From the NCBI RefSeq assembly GCF_036971445.1, contig NC_091477.1, positions 44,144,001 to 44,208,000 on the forward strand: DNA of 64,000 bases. The letters run 5' to 3'. The DNA comes from Narcine bancroftii (lineage: Eukaryota). The notes beneath the pieces are model-generated. The model was not told the DNA's origin. It made no database searches and saw nothing but the letters and a program-made list of their open reading frames with translations. The position numbers and the translations under genes were made by a program. The number at the start of each line of letters is the position of its first letter. The stretch's first letter is position 1. Below are positions 25,049 to 38,250 of the stretch, in pieces.

Positions 25049-25460
25049 AAGTGGTGTCTCTCGGGTTAGTGTTCCCCAGTGCTGTAACTCATGGTATCAG
25101 CACCCCCCTCCACACCATGGACCGAGTTTACGAGTGTACCGAGCACAGAAGAAACAGGTGTGTGCTCCTTGTACAGTGGCAGCATTGAGTGGGGGGGGGT
25201 TCTGATCAGAGCACATTAGAAGGTTCAAAAAGTTAATTAGCATCGAGTTTTATCCTAGTAGTTATATTGATACATGTAAGCTGGGCTTAAGAAAAAATGT
25301 TTTTGTTATAACTAACTGCAGGGATATTTTTATAAAAAATAATACATTTCTGCTGAAACACTGCACAAACATTTTAGAGACAGTCATTTTGGTGTCATCT
25401 CCTCTGATGGTGTCACCTGGTGCGGTCCACACGCCCTGCACCCCACTAGTGACACCAGTG
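25049..25460. mobile_element. Non-autonomous hAT-like element
   Basis: Termini AAGTGGTGTCTCTCG and CTAGTGACACCAGTG, subterminal GGTGTCA repeats, degenerate 8-bp TSD ACATAGCA / ACACAGCT. Confidence 0.65.
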
Positions 25461-25819
25461 ACACAGCTGGTTGTCACTTTTGACCTTCAATCAATAAAAG
25501 CACAGTCTTTGCTTCCAAATCACAATCTGTTTCTTCCAGGCACTGAGTATGGTGCACTACACTTCTCTTTTGAGTACACATCTATGCAATTGGATTTCAA
25601 CCACAACAACTTGTATTTACATTGTGCCTTCTTGGAATAAAATGTCCCAAGGTGCACCACAGGAATATAATCACTTAAAAATAAACACTGGACCAATAAC
25701 GGAGTCATGACATCAAGGGAGCAAAAGTGATTTTTAGATACGTAAAACAACACACAAATGCTGGAGAAACTCAGCAGGTCAAACAGCGCCTTTATGTAGC
25801 AAAGGTATGTCTGTCAAAT

Positions 25820-26200
25820 CTTTTACCCTTAATGAGAAGGCTATGGAATCAAATCCTACTTTAGAGCTCAACACAAAAATTCACTTGATATAGTAGTGTA
25901 CTGCATGTCAGAAGAGCCATTATTGGGATGAAGCATTAAACTGATACACTGTCTGCCTTCAGATTGATGCAAGAAATCACAAGGCACAATCTGAAGAAAA
26001 AGGACTCCCTAAATGCCCTGGCTAATAAAACAAAATCTTGTCGTTATCTCAATTTTGTTTTTACAAGATTGCTGAGCAAATTGGCAGCTGTATTTTTTAT
26101 ATTACCACACAAATTATTATTTGAACAATATGTGATTTAATTGCCTGTAAAGCACTTGGGAACATTCAGGTAGACACTTTATGAATATCAGCTCCTTTGT
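25820..26200 (+). mobile_element. Ancient DeuSINE (SacSINE1/AmnSINE1-like)
   Basis: Degenerate Deu-domain and L2-type tail: TTGCTGAGCAAATTGGCAGCTG...ATTTAATTGCCTGTAAAGCACTTGGGAACATTC. Confidence 0.6.
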
Positions 26201-27535
26201 CCTGAGCAGAGATGGAATTTCAGAGTTTAAACTCTCAACTGAAGTCAGGACTTCCAATGGTGGGGCAAAGGGGATGGGGAAGGGAGCTGGCGGGGTGCAA
26301 AGGAATTAGAAGATGCACAGCACTGGAGCAGGGATTGTAGGTGAAGTGACTCTGTAAAAACTTCATCTCTTGTCAATGCTTAATGGTGTGGGAAGACCCA
26401 AAAAATGAGAAAGTTTCCTTCACAGTACAAAACTAGATACTAGATTTATGTGAATATTGGCTGTTGATTGATGTCCTCTTCAGAGAATTTTGAAATTATT
26501 TCTCACTATTTTTCTGAGCTAGGCCCTGTGTTATAAATGAAAACTTATTTAAATTAAACTCTTTCGTTACACATTCCTATGGTTTTTAGCAGGATTATAC
26601 ATTCCATTGTGCTTCCAGACCAGATTAGACCAGTACCATTCTTAGTGACCTCTCCTTGTGACCTCCCATATAACCTTTCCATGTGACCAACAGCTCATGA
26701 AGTAATTTAAATCTTTATTTGTGGTATAGCTGATGAGCAGAAGAGAGGCAACGAGTCGTTCCCTCTGTTATTTTTATTTTGGGAATCGCAAGACTGAGAA
26801 ACTTGTAAGTGAAAACTTAAAAAATCTTCACCCATTAACAATTTATAAAAAATAGTCTCTCTTCAGAAGTGTTGTGGAAGTAATTTAACAATGGATTTGT
26901 ATCTTAACCAGAGGTCCACTTAGAACTTATATTATGTAGTGCCATGTTTTGTATACTGTGCAATCCATTTTCAATTAAAAGGTAAAATAAATCGTTAATG
27001 AAAACAAAGGCTTTCACAGAATTTGATTCATGTTTTTTTTTGCCAAGTGACCTGCACATCTGATAGGTCATACAAAGAACCCAGATGTGCAATAGTGGCA
27101 AAAGTGTCCAATGGCATGCATTGTTTGTCTGAATGCTACTTTTTAGATTTTCAATTTGAATGTCTGAATGACTTTTTCAATCTTCCAGACACTTTTGAGG
27201 AAGTGAGCTTCAAATACATCTGTGAAGGTTACTTCAGCATGATGTAAAAATGACCTCCTGAGAAGATCCCACAGTGGTGCTGGGACTATAATCGGGGTGC
27301 AATTTCTTCGTCACCACAGTTATGCACACATACCATACCTTCTAGCAACAACCCCATTCTCAATGAACCCTCTCACCCATCGGTCTCCTTACAAAACCCC
27401 TTGACCATTGACCCTGTTTGACCATTAAACATCCTTGACAAACAGAAACTTATCTTCTCATCAAATGCAGCCACCCAATTAACTTCCTACAACCTTAAAA
27501 AATCAGACTTCCAGTCTTGTTCAACAGTTGCAGCT

Positions 27536-30500
27536 TGTAGTGAACTGGGATTCACTAGAAATGTGCTATATTGACGACTGGTCCCACCTCCCAGTTCCTC
27601 CCCTGGGGCCAGTATATAACCCTGGTTTCCCACCTAAACACAGAACCTCTCTGAAGCCTATTCATGAACCCTACCTGTATTGCACTAATAAAAGTGTTTG
27701 TTCTCCCTCCAGTTGAGTGTGAGCTTTTATCTACACCATAATTTTATTAGCTTAACAAACAAGGATGGAAGCATCACTCAAACCCAGTTTGCTGCTAATA
27801 GACCCTCAGTCCCCTGATGCGGCTGAGGAATTTGCATATTGGCTAAACTGCTTCCAGGCCTACCGCATTCAGGTAGGCACTGAAGGCCTATCACATGAAG
27901 GCCACGAACAAGGTCCTACACTGCCAATGGCCCGGAGAGTTGATTGACGGCTACCTGGTGGATCTACAGACGATGGCTAAGAAATGCAGGTATGAGGCCA
28001 CATCCAGAAAGACGAACAGATCCGGGACACTCTGGTTGCAGGGGTCCACTCAAGGTACGTGAGGCAGCGACTGTTGAGTCAGGAAGGAAGGACCTCACTA
28101 GCCACATCAAGCTGGCCATATCACTAGAACAGGCCAGTCTTGAGAATGACGACCTCAAGGCCAGGGAACTCACACTCTCAGGTGCCCACATCCAAGGACC
28201 GGCTGCTCCTGCTATGGTGGCCCCCGCTCTTACAGCTGCTGCTTCACGAGCCCAGGAGTACTTTTTCTGCGGCAAGTGACAACAGCCCCGGGCCCGCTTC
28301 CCACCCAAAGACTTGGCGTGCTCCAGGAAGAAGGGACTTTGGGTGAGGGTCGGCCACAACCTGTACCACTCCTGGATCCGATTCCAGCCCCAAGCTGCCT
28401 ACCCCGGATTTTCCTGAGATCTCCTGCTGCGTAACTTGCCACCTAAGGAAATGGCACAAAAAGGCTCAGTGGCCATATTGCAGCAGCCCGATTTCATCAT
28501 CAGAGGAGGAAGGAGGGCAGCCATCTTGCCATGCTACGAGGTCGATGCCATCTTACCTGCGCAGATTGACTCAGGACGGAGGGGGCCACTTGAGGGAAGA
28601 ACAAGGATCTCTGGCAACCTGGCATCGCTGGTCCTCAACCAGAACAGACCTCACCAGCTCATCAACTCAATGGTGAGGTGAAGGCAAATGGACATTTGAC
28701 CAAGTGCTTGATCAAAACAGCCTGCACGGAAAGTTTCACAGACTCATAGACTGTGCAAAAATGTAACTTAAAAATGTACCCGTCTAATTACCAAATCTTC
28801 TTAGTGTCCCAGTCCCATTCGGCGTATGTACAGAGACATTGTACAGTTCATCTGTCGTTGGGGGGGGGGGGCGGGTGGAATTTTATAAATTTCCCATGTA
28901 CATTTGAGATGAATTGTGTGCTTCAGTATTGTTGGGTCTGGACTTCCTGTGTAACCTTAAAACCGTGTCCTTGAGTTTTCTGGTCCCCTTTCCCTGGTAA
29001 CAGTTCGGAACAGAGGGGCCTCAAAACCAGAACCCACTTGCAGCTTCTCCATGCTGAACATCGACTCCCCCCACCCCCATTGCCAAACCTGACTGCTGAC
29101 TGTAAACTCATCGCCACCAAGAGCAGTAGGTGCAGTGCAGCAGACAGGGAGTTGAGACCCAGCGCCTGCTGGAGGAGGGGATCATCGAACCCAGAACCAG
29201 CCCGTGGAGAGCATGTGGTTGTAGTAAAGGGGGAAAACAAGTCCAGGAGAGTGATTGATTATAGCCAAACAATTAATAAATACACACTCCTGGACTCATA
29301 CTCACTCCCTCACATTTTGGATATGGTGAACAATATCAGGCAGTAAAGGGGCTATTCGACCATCGACCTGAAAGCTGCCTATCACCAGCTGCCAATCCAT
29401 TCCAGCATTTGAGGCTAACTGTCGACTCTATCAGTTCTGGAGGGTCCCTTTCGGTATTACAAATGGGGTGTCTATTTTCCAGCGGCAGATGGACAAGATG
29501 GTGGATGAGTATAGGTTGAAGGCTACCTTCCCCTACCTCAACAATGTCACCATGGAAGACCATAACGTCAATCTCCAGGGCTTTATCCATGCAGCAAGAG
29601 TCCTGAATCTCACTTACAATTCTGACATGTGTGAATTCAGGACTATTCAGGACTACACAACTGGCTATCTTAAAGGCTACCACTTTCCCCCTTTCAGCTG
29701 AAGCCCAGACAGCTTTTAATTACCTCCAAAGTTACATTGCGAAAGCCGCCATGCATGTGGTGGACAAGAATGTACCTTTCCAAGTGGAAAGTGACGCTTC
29801 AGACATAGCCCTAGATGCCACTCTCAATCAGGCGGGAAGGCTGGTTGCCTTTTTCTCACAGGCGCTTCAAGGCCATGAGCTCTGGAACCTGTCTGTGGAA
29901 AAGACATTGTAGAAACCATAAGGCATTGCAGGCTTTAACCTGGCTGGTAGAAGATTTACGCTCCTCATGGACCAGCACTCTGTCACATTCATGTTCAGCA
30001 ACACCAAGAGGGGCAAAATCAAGAATGACAAAATTGCTAGGTGGAGGATTGAACCAGCTAGGGGCCCTTAATGACCCTCCAGATGCCTTGTCCAGGGGCT
30101 GCTGTCCACCGCACATACTAGTCAAATGTAGACTATACACAATGAGCTCTGCCATCCAGGGGTCACCTGCATGGCTCATTTTGTCAAATCCTGCAACTAG
30201 CCCTACTCAATAGAAGATGTCACGGAAATGACCAGGTCATACCAGGACTGCGCTAAGTGCAAGCCACACTTTTTTGCACCCTGCGAAAGCACACCTGATT
30301 ATGTTATCCAGGCCCTTTGAACAGCTCAGCGCGATTTTAAGGGACCTCTACCCTCCACAAACGGGCACATCTACTTTCTCTCAGTCATCGATGATTATCC
30401 CCGCTTCCCGTCCCGTGCTCAGACACATCCACCTCGTCTGTTATGAAGGCCCTAGAATCTATTTTCACCTTGTTCGGGCATCCCAGCTATATTCTTAGCG

Positions 30501-31455
30501 ACCGGGGCTCAGCCTTCATGAGCGACGAGCTATGTCAGTACCTCCTGGTGAGGGGCATCACCAGTTACAACCCCCAGGGGAACGGGCGGGTTGAAAAAGA
30601 GAATGCCACCATCTGGAAGGACATCAAACTTGCCCTGAAACAAAAAGACCTTCCAGACTCACGTTGGCAGGAATGTCCTCCCCATCGCGCTCCACTCAAT
30701 TCGATCGTTACTGTGACCAATGCTACTCCTCATGAGCTCGTGTACATTCGACAGAAGGTTGGCATCAGGGACTACACTCACACCCTGGCTCGCGAGTCCT
30801 GGTCTGGTCCTTCTCAAAAAGCACGTGAGGAGAAGCAAGACTGACCCCCTGGTGGAATGGGTGAAATTGCTCCATGCCAATTCCCAGTACACCTACATGA
30901 AGTACCTGGATGACAGGGAGGACACAGTTTCCATCAGGGACCCAGCATCCACCGGAACCAAGGATTCATTGTCTCAGGTGCCCCACGAGTTACCGAGCTT
31001 TTTCTCCCCACCCCTACTCAGGGAACCCTGAGTCAGAGCCCCAGCCCACTACCCTTTCATCACAGGCAGACCAGAAGACTCAGGGAGCCCAAGGCCTCTG
31101 GTGCTAAGGCACTCCACCACGATCTCCAGACCCCTGGACTACCTGAATCTGTCAATAATAATGTAAACATTTCTCTTCTGTGTCTATTACTGGCTTCTGA
31201 TCCTTGTTCTCTTCATCCACAGACCCTTAATTCTGAAGGAAGGGGTGAATGTAGTGAACTGGGATTCACTAGAAGTATGCTGTACTGATGACTGGTTCCA
31301 CCTCCCAGCTCCTCCCCTGGGGCCTGTATCTAACCATAGTTTCCCACCTAAACCCAGAACCCCTCTGAAGCCTATTTGTGAACCCTACCTGTGAAGTACC
31401 TAATAAAAGTGTTTGTTCTCCCTCCAGTTGAGTGTGAGCTTTTATCTACGCCACA
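27536..31455 (+). mobile_element. Complete degenerate Gypsy LTR retrotransposon (gag-PR-RT-RH-IN)
   Basis: LTRs at 27536-27740 and 31250-31455; TSD CAGCT / CAGCC; PPT GAAGGAAGGGGTGAA; gag MEASLKP..DPQ..AAEEF-YW; RT VIDYSQTIN and YLNNVT; RH VESDASD; IN SDRGSAF and PQGNGRVEKEN. Confidence 0.93.
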
Positions 31456-33739
31456 CAGCCACCCCTGCTCTCAATGGAGGACTACAATTCCACCCTTCTT
31501 CTCCCCAAATGATCTTGGACAACTGACCTTCATCTAACATGACACAGCATCATCCATAATATTCCCTTCCCTGCATTAAGACCCAGATCCACACTGCCAC
31601 AGCATATGGTGGAGTCCTTGGCATATGTAAGGCTTGCTCTTATTTGCTGGCAGCAAACCCACAAAGGAGGAACTGATCAATTTCTAAGCAATTGTGTTTT
31701 CAACTCACATCAGTAATATGAACTTTAACAATGAGCATAAATGAATATTAAACGTCTAAGCATATTGATCTAAAAAGGAAACCATGCCCAAAATTGTTTA
31801 GAAGCTACGATAACGATGTACTTGAGAAGTGTAGTCTCTTTTCCAATGAAGGAAACTTGGCATCCTTCAATGAATAGTAGGATATTATTGTCAGATAAAG
31901 TAAGAAGAAAGAGAAACAAGAGAAGGCAGACCATTTGACCCTTTGAGCTTCTCCAACATTCATTGATCGTGGCCAATTTCCCATCCCAGTACCATTCTTC
32001 AGTACTATTTGCATAATTTCTTGATTCCCTTCATGCTCCGATCACTGTTCTGGATAATCCTAATGAGTCAGTCTCCATTAGCTGTCTGGGGTATAGAATT
32101 CTAAATATTCATCACACCCTTATCTTAATCAAATATGATCTATCCATGCACCCTACTCAAGGCACCTCAGTCTGGGGATATATCTCACCTATCATTTGCT
32201 TTCCCAATGCTTTGTGGTATTTGTATGTTGGTTTTCGGTGATTTGTGTACAAGCACACCTACTGTATGCGTCTTTGACCATCAATTCTGCACAGACTCTA
32301 TCCATTTTATAGCTGTGACCTGTTTCAGTAATGATGGTTGTGAGATAAAATATTGACCAAGTCATGGGGCATAACTCCATTATTCCTTCAGTGTTAGTGG
32401 AACAGAATCCTGTGAAATTGATCTCATACTATGGTGAAAGTGTCATCCATTGAGTGCTTTGAATAGTCTAACCATTATCTTGCTGGTAAATTATAGAGAT
32501 GAACAATGAATGTAACCTTTCCAACATTGACCAATAAGAAATCAAAGAAAGAATCGAATAAATCAACAGAAGAAAAGTCAGAAGCAGCATGAATTTTAAG
32601 ATGAATCACAGACTCTCGTGAGAGAGATTGTGGAATGGACGGGGATGTTGGTGAGACTTGGGGAAAGTTTGGAAGTTTGAAAGTTTCATCAGTGAGTTGT
32701 ATCTGAACACCACGTGTTTTTTTTTCTTCTTGATAGGTTTCCTGTCCAGAATTCAGCTTGATTAATAGGTTTCTGGGCAAAGAGAACTATGAAAATTCTG
32801 CAGGAGCATGTAGGTCTAATCCTTGAACATTGCAGGATTGATGCTTGATGGTAGAGTGCAGTGGCAATATTCAACAGGACATAAAGATTGGGAGCAGGTA
32901 CAGCACTCTGTTCCTCCTGAACCATGATCTTACTTACATTTCTCTCGACCATCAGATTACATGAGAAATGTAAATGGAACAGCCCATCATTAACTCTACA
33001 AAGTCACTAAAAATCAAAGGCTTCCACTTTCACTGAATTGTCGAAATTGCCACCTTGTTCTTCAGTGCAGTTTTGGAACCTCCACTCCATGACCCACTTT
33101 CATTAAATCTAAAATAGGATGGATTGGAGTTGGGTGGGACTCAGGCTTGAATTCCTGAAATTTTAACAGCTATCCAATCTCAAGCCATTGTTTTTGTGGT
33201 TGAAATTCACCTCATCACATGAGACAGCCTTTGCATTTGTGCTGCCTCATTGATGGAGCTATCCAGTGAGTTCCATTGACTCTTTCTTCTCCAAATTCCA
33301 TGAATTTTTTCTCCCTTTAAGGTTAATTCCCTATAACAGGGATTCTAAAACACTCATTGTGATATATTTCATAGGAGAAATGCCACAAATCTGTGACATT
33401 CAAAAGGAAGCCCATCCAAGAAATATACCAAGAAATTAGAACATAATCTTTATATTCTCACTTAAATATTGCTCACTCATCTTGAGTCTCTCAGGATCCA
33501 GAACAGATGACAATTTTAGAAGTATCACTGTTCATAATCTTGAAAATGTTATGGAAAAAAGCAAAACAATTCAAGGTGCTAACATCCTAGACATTAAATT
33601 CATGTTGCTACTTTTCCTGTAGCTCTGGAGACATTAGTTGGACTGGGATCAGATTGCTAACATGACTGGACTACACTGTAATTAGCTTAACGTTGGCCAC
33701 ATCTGTGTGACACATGTTGCTGGCAGAAATTCAAGAGGG

Positions 33740-36700
33740 TGTGGCGGTACGCCATTAGGCAGGTGAACCGGCCCCGATTCTCACGCATGCGGCGGGGCAG
33801 CCGGCCAAAAGGGCGTCATCGGGGTTCTCCTCCCGACCTCTGTACCGGGCTCAGAAGCTCGTGCTTGGGGACCCACGTGACGGCCCGGTGACATCAGGGC
33901 CCCCCAGCGCGGTTCTCAGCCAGGTCCAGCTGGGAGTATAAGACCAGCTAGGCAGCCTGCAATAAATCAGTTTTTGCTCACTGAACTCAACCCGTCTGGT
34001 TATGCGATTCTTCAGTTAGAAAGTGTAGCCGCTGCTAAAATTGGTGAACCCAAAAGGTTCAAACATCTTTGAACCCAACATGAACAACCCTTCGATCAAT
34101 GCTATAGCCATCAAGTTTCTTGACTTCTGAGTTCAGGAGCCGGAGACCTGGTTCAGCCATGCAGAGGCTCAGTTTCACCTCTGCCAGATTTCATCGGATT
34201 CAACCAAGTTTTACCATTTGGTCAATGCCCTGGACCAGGCCACTGCCAAACGAGTGCTGCACCTCGTTCAGTACCCACCCGCAGACGATAAGTACGAGAC
34301 CATCAAGCGGGTGCTCAATGGCTCCCTTGGACTCTCCAGGCGCCAGTGCGCTGCTCGGATGCTGCACCTCGACGCCTTAGGGGACAGAACTCCAATCGAG
34401 TTAATGGACGAGATGCTCGCGCTCATGGGCGATCACACCAACTGCCCACTCTTTGAGCGCATCTTCCTCGACCATCTGCCTGAAGACATCCGGCCGTTAC
34501 TGTTCCAGGAGAACTTTGTCGACCCTAGGAAGGTCACTCAAAAGGCTCAGGAGCTATGGCTTGAATGATTCCCGGAGGGCTCAGCAGTCCAGCAGGTTAC
34601 GAGTCATGGGCATGACCATGCCAACCCTTCCTCTAGCCCTGTGGTGGAACACCCGGCCCCTGCAGGGGCCTCAAAGAGCATAGCCAGAAGCAAGTCATCC
34701 ACTTTTGCTTATTCCACCAGTGCTGGGGAGCCAAGGCTCAGAAGTGTCATCAGCCCTGCTCGTTCCAGGGAAATGAGCAGGCCAGCCACTGTTAATGGGT
34801 GCGGCGGCTGGCCAAGAACGCAGCCTTCTCCACCTGCAGGATTCAGTCAGTGGCCGGTGCTTCCTTGCCGACACCAAGGCCCAGATCAGCGTCATCCCAG
34901 CCACAGCCATCGAGTCCCAGAACCGGCCTCGAGGACCTCCCCTCCGTGCAGCCAATTCGACGGAGATCCGAATGTATGGAAACAAGAACGTCCACTTCCA
35001 GATCGGGCAGCGGAAGTTCTCGTGGAGGTTCACCATTTCGTCCCTTCCAAATGCCATCCTGGGTGTCGACTTCCTCCTCGCCCATGGACTCCTGGCTGAC
35101 ATTCAAGGTAGGCGACTGGTAGATGCCTGTACCTTCCAATCCATTTGCCTCAATGCCTCCTGCACAGAGCAGCCACAGATGGCCACGGTCAACATGCCCA
35201 AGGACGAGTTTCAGCGTATCCTGGACGAGTTCCCATCCCTCCTCAAGCTGCAGTTCTCCGCCACCTCACCATGCCACGGGGTGTTTCATTACATCCCCAA
35301 TCAAGGTCCGCCAGTCCATGCCAAGGCACGCCGGCTCCCACCAGATAAACTCCAGATAGTCAAGGAAGAGTTCTCGCATCTGCAGGAGCTGGGGATCATT
35401 CGATGCTCCGACAGTTCTTGGGCCTCAGCACTTCACCTGGTTCCGAAAGCCTCTGGCGGCTGGCACCCCTGCGGAGATTACGACGCAACGGTATTTGACC
35501 GTTACCCAATCCCTCACATCCAGGACTTTACGGCCAACCTGCATGACGTGAGGGTATTCTCCAAGGTCAACCTGGTGCATGGGTATCATCAAATCCCGGT
35601 GCACCCTGAGGACATACCCAAAACGGCCATCATCACCCCCTTTGGCTTGTTCGAGTTCCTACGCATCCCATTCGGGCTCAAGAATGCCGCCCAGACCTTC
35701 CAGCACCTTATGGAAACATTGGGCAGGGATTTGAATTTCGTATTCATTTACCTGGACGACATCCTTGTTACCAGCAGAGACCGGGCACAACACAAGTCTT
35801 ACCTCATTATGGGGCTCTTCTCCCGACTGGCCGACTTCAGCCTAATGATCAATCCAGCCAAGTGCCAGTTCGGGAAAGAATCCATGCAGTTCCTGGGCCA
35901 TACCATCATGGCCAAAGGAGCCATACCTGCTGCTACGAAGGTCCCTGCAATCAGAGAGTTCCCACGTCTGGACAACCTCAAGGGGCTACAGGAGTTCGCG
36001 GGTATGGTCAATTTCTAACCACTTCATTCCAGGCGCTGCGTGCATCATGCAGCCCCTCTTCACCTTCATCGTGGCCAAAGACAAGACACTCGCCTGGACT
36101 CCAGAGGCCAACAGGGCATTCAAAGACATGAAAGATGCCACCACGAAGGCTACCCTGCTGGTCCACCGACCTGCATATGGCGCTCTCTGTTGATGCCTCT
36201 GCCACAGCCGTCGGCGCCATCCTGAATGGACAATGAAAATTACTGGCATTCTTTAGCCGACTTCTTCGTTCGCCAGAGCGCAAGTATAACACTTACGATC
36301 GTGAGTTGCTGGGCATGTACTGGGCGGTACATCATTTCCGCTATTTATTGGAGGGGAGGCCTTTCACCATTTTTACCAACCACAAACCCCTCACTCAGGC
36401 ACTTCCTATGGCAAGAGATCCCAGGTCGGTCCACCAACAGCATCACCTCTCCTTTGTGTCGGAGTTCACCACTGACGTTCGGCATAAGGCGGAGAAAGAT
36501 AACATGGTCGCCGACACACTCTCACGACCAGCCATTTGCGCGTTGACACCTGGCCTTGACTTCGACCAGCTTACCCGGGACTAGAAGTCCGACAAGGAGA
36601 CGCGGGCCTTCAAGACTGCCATCACTGGCCTGCGGTTCCAGGACCTCGACTCCTCACAGTGAGGGCACTATCCTGTGCAATGTCTCCATGGGCACCACAC

Positions 36701-38005
36701 GACCAGTGGTTCCCTTGCAGTGGCGCAGGCAAGTCTTCCACCATATCCATGACCTTTGCCACCCTTCCATCAGGTCCACGGTCCGTATGGTGGCAGAACG
36801 TTTCATCTGGCATGGGCTTCGTAAGCAGATTGTGGACTGGGCCAGAACCTGCACCCATTGCCAGCTTTCGAAGGTACATAGCCACACCAGAGCGCCCGTA
36901 CAAGATTTTGAACACATTCAGGAATGGTTCAGCCACATACGTGGGGACATCGTCAGACCCTTGCCTTTTTCCCGAGGTAACCATTACCTTTTCACAGTGG
37001 TAGTCACATCACTCATTGGCATGAGGTGATCCCGATGCCAGATGCCTCCACAAACTCCTGCTCCCTAGCGCTTTTGATCACCTCACCAGTGATCTGGGCG
37101 CCCAGTTCACCTCTGTGCTCTGGGCACAGCTCACCAACAGGCTGCGGATCGAGCTACATCACATCACGGCCTATAACCCACAGGCCAATGGACTAGTTGA
37201 GCGATTGCACCGCCACCTTAAGTCGGCACTTATGGCCCACCTCACCAGCACTGACTGGGTGGATCAGCTGCCTTGAGTGCTCCTGGGCATCCGCTTGACA
37301 CCCAAAGAAGACCTACAGGCGTCATCAGCTGAGCTGGTCTATGGTGCACCGCTAGCCCTACCCGGTGAGTTCGTCAACGCACCTCACAACCCCCAGCAGT
37401 CACCACTCGGTCTACTTTCCTGTCTCTGGGCCCAATTGGACTCTATCACACCCCCACCACCACCCAGACATGGCACACGGGCATCTTACATCCCCAGCGA
37501 GCTGTACTCTGCAGAGTATGTTTTTTATCAGGTGGGGCCCCTCCACAGCACCTCTACAAAGACCATACGAAGGGCCGTACAAAGTTGTCCAGTGTTCAGG
37601 ATCCACTTTCACACTGGACATCGGTGGTAAGATGGAACTGTTTATGGTGGACAGGTTAAAACCAGCCCACCTCGACCCCACCGAACCAGTAGTTGTGGCC
37701 CAACCCAAGAAGCGAGGCCACCTGGCAAAAAAGGACATTGGCGCCGGTTCTGGGTGGGGGGCTGTGTGGTGGTACGCCATTAGGCAGGCGAACTGGCCCC
37801 ACTTGTCACGCACGTGATGGGGCAGCCGGCCAAAATGGTGCCGTCGGGTGTTTCCTCCCGACCTCGACACCAGGCTCAGAAGCCTGCACTTGGGGACCCG
37901 CATGACGGACCAGCCAAGCAGCCTGCAATAAATCAGTTTTTGCTCACTGAACTCAACCTGTCTGGTTGTGCAATTCTTCAGTTAGCAAGTGTAGCCGCCG
38001 CTACA
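33740..38005 (+). mobile_element. Complete degenerate Gypsy LTR retrotransposon, CsRn1/Kabuki-like
   Basis: LTRs at 33740-34039 and 37765-38005; PBS TGGTGAACCC (tRNA-Trp-like); PPT-like GGGTGGGGG; gag WFSHAEAQF and a C-x-FH...C..C motif; 4-bp TSD AGGG / AGGC. Confidence 0.94.
34795..36018 (+). pseudogene. Longest remaining pol ORF (protease plus RT) of the CsRn1-like element; RH and IN continue frameshifted to about 37740
   Basis: [12 protein letters not shown] (PR), [31 protein letters not shown] and YLDDILV; downstream HH-CC, PQANGLVER and GPY motifs. Confidence 0.9.
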
Positions 38006-38109
38006 AGGCAATGGATTATGAATATTTAAAAAAATAGAAGAAAAAAAAATCAAGCTATATGCATTACATAACATAAAAATACATCAAATTCTTGGGGTTA
38101 ATAGAGAAA

Positions 38110-38250
38110 AAATAATCTGTTGGAGGAACTGGACAGGTTGAAACCCTTCATCTGAACTACATTATTAATTCTTCGTCCCCCCCACTGATGCTGCTCAACC
38201 TGCTGAGTTTCTCCAGAGTTTGCTCCAGATTCCAACATCTGGACTCTCTT
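38110..38250. mobile_element. Head-to-head PLE-tail remnants
   Basis: CTGTTGGAGGAACT..GGTTGAAACCCTTCATCTG followed by GATGCTGCTCAACCTGCTGAGTTTCTCCAG. Confidence 0.55.
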
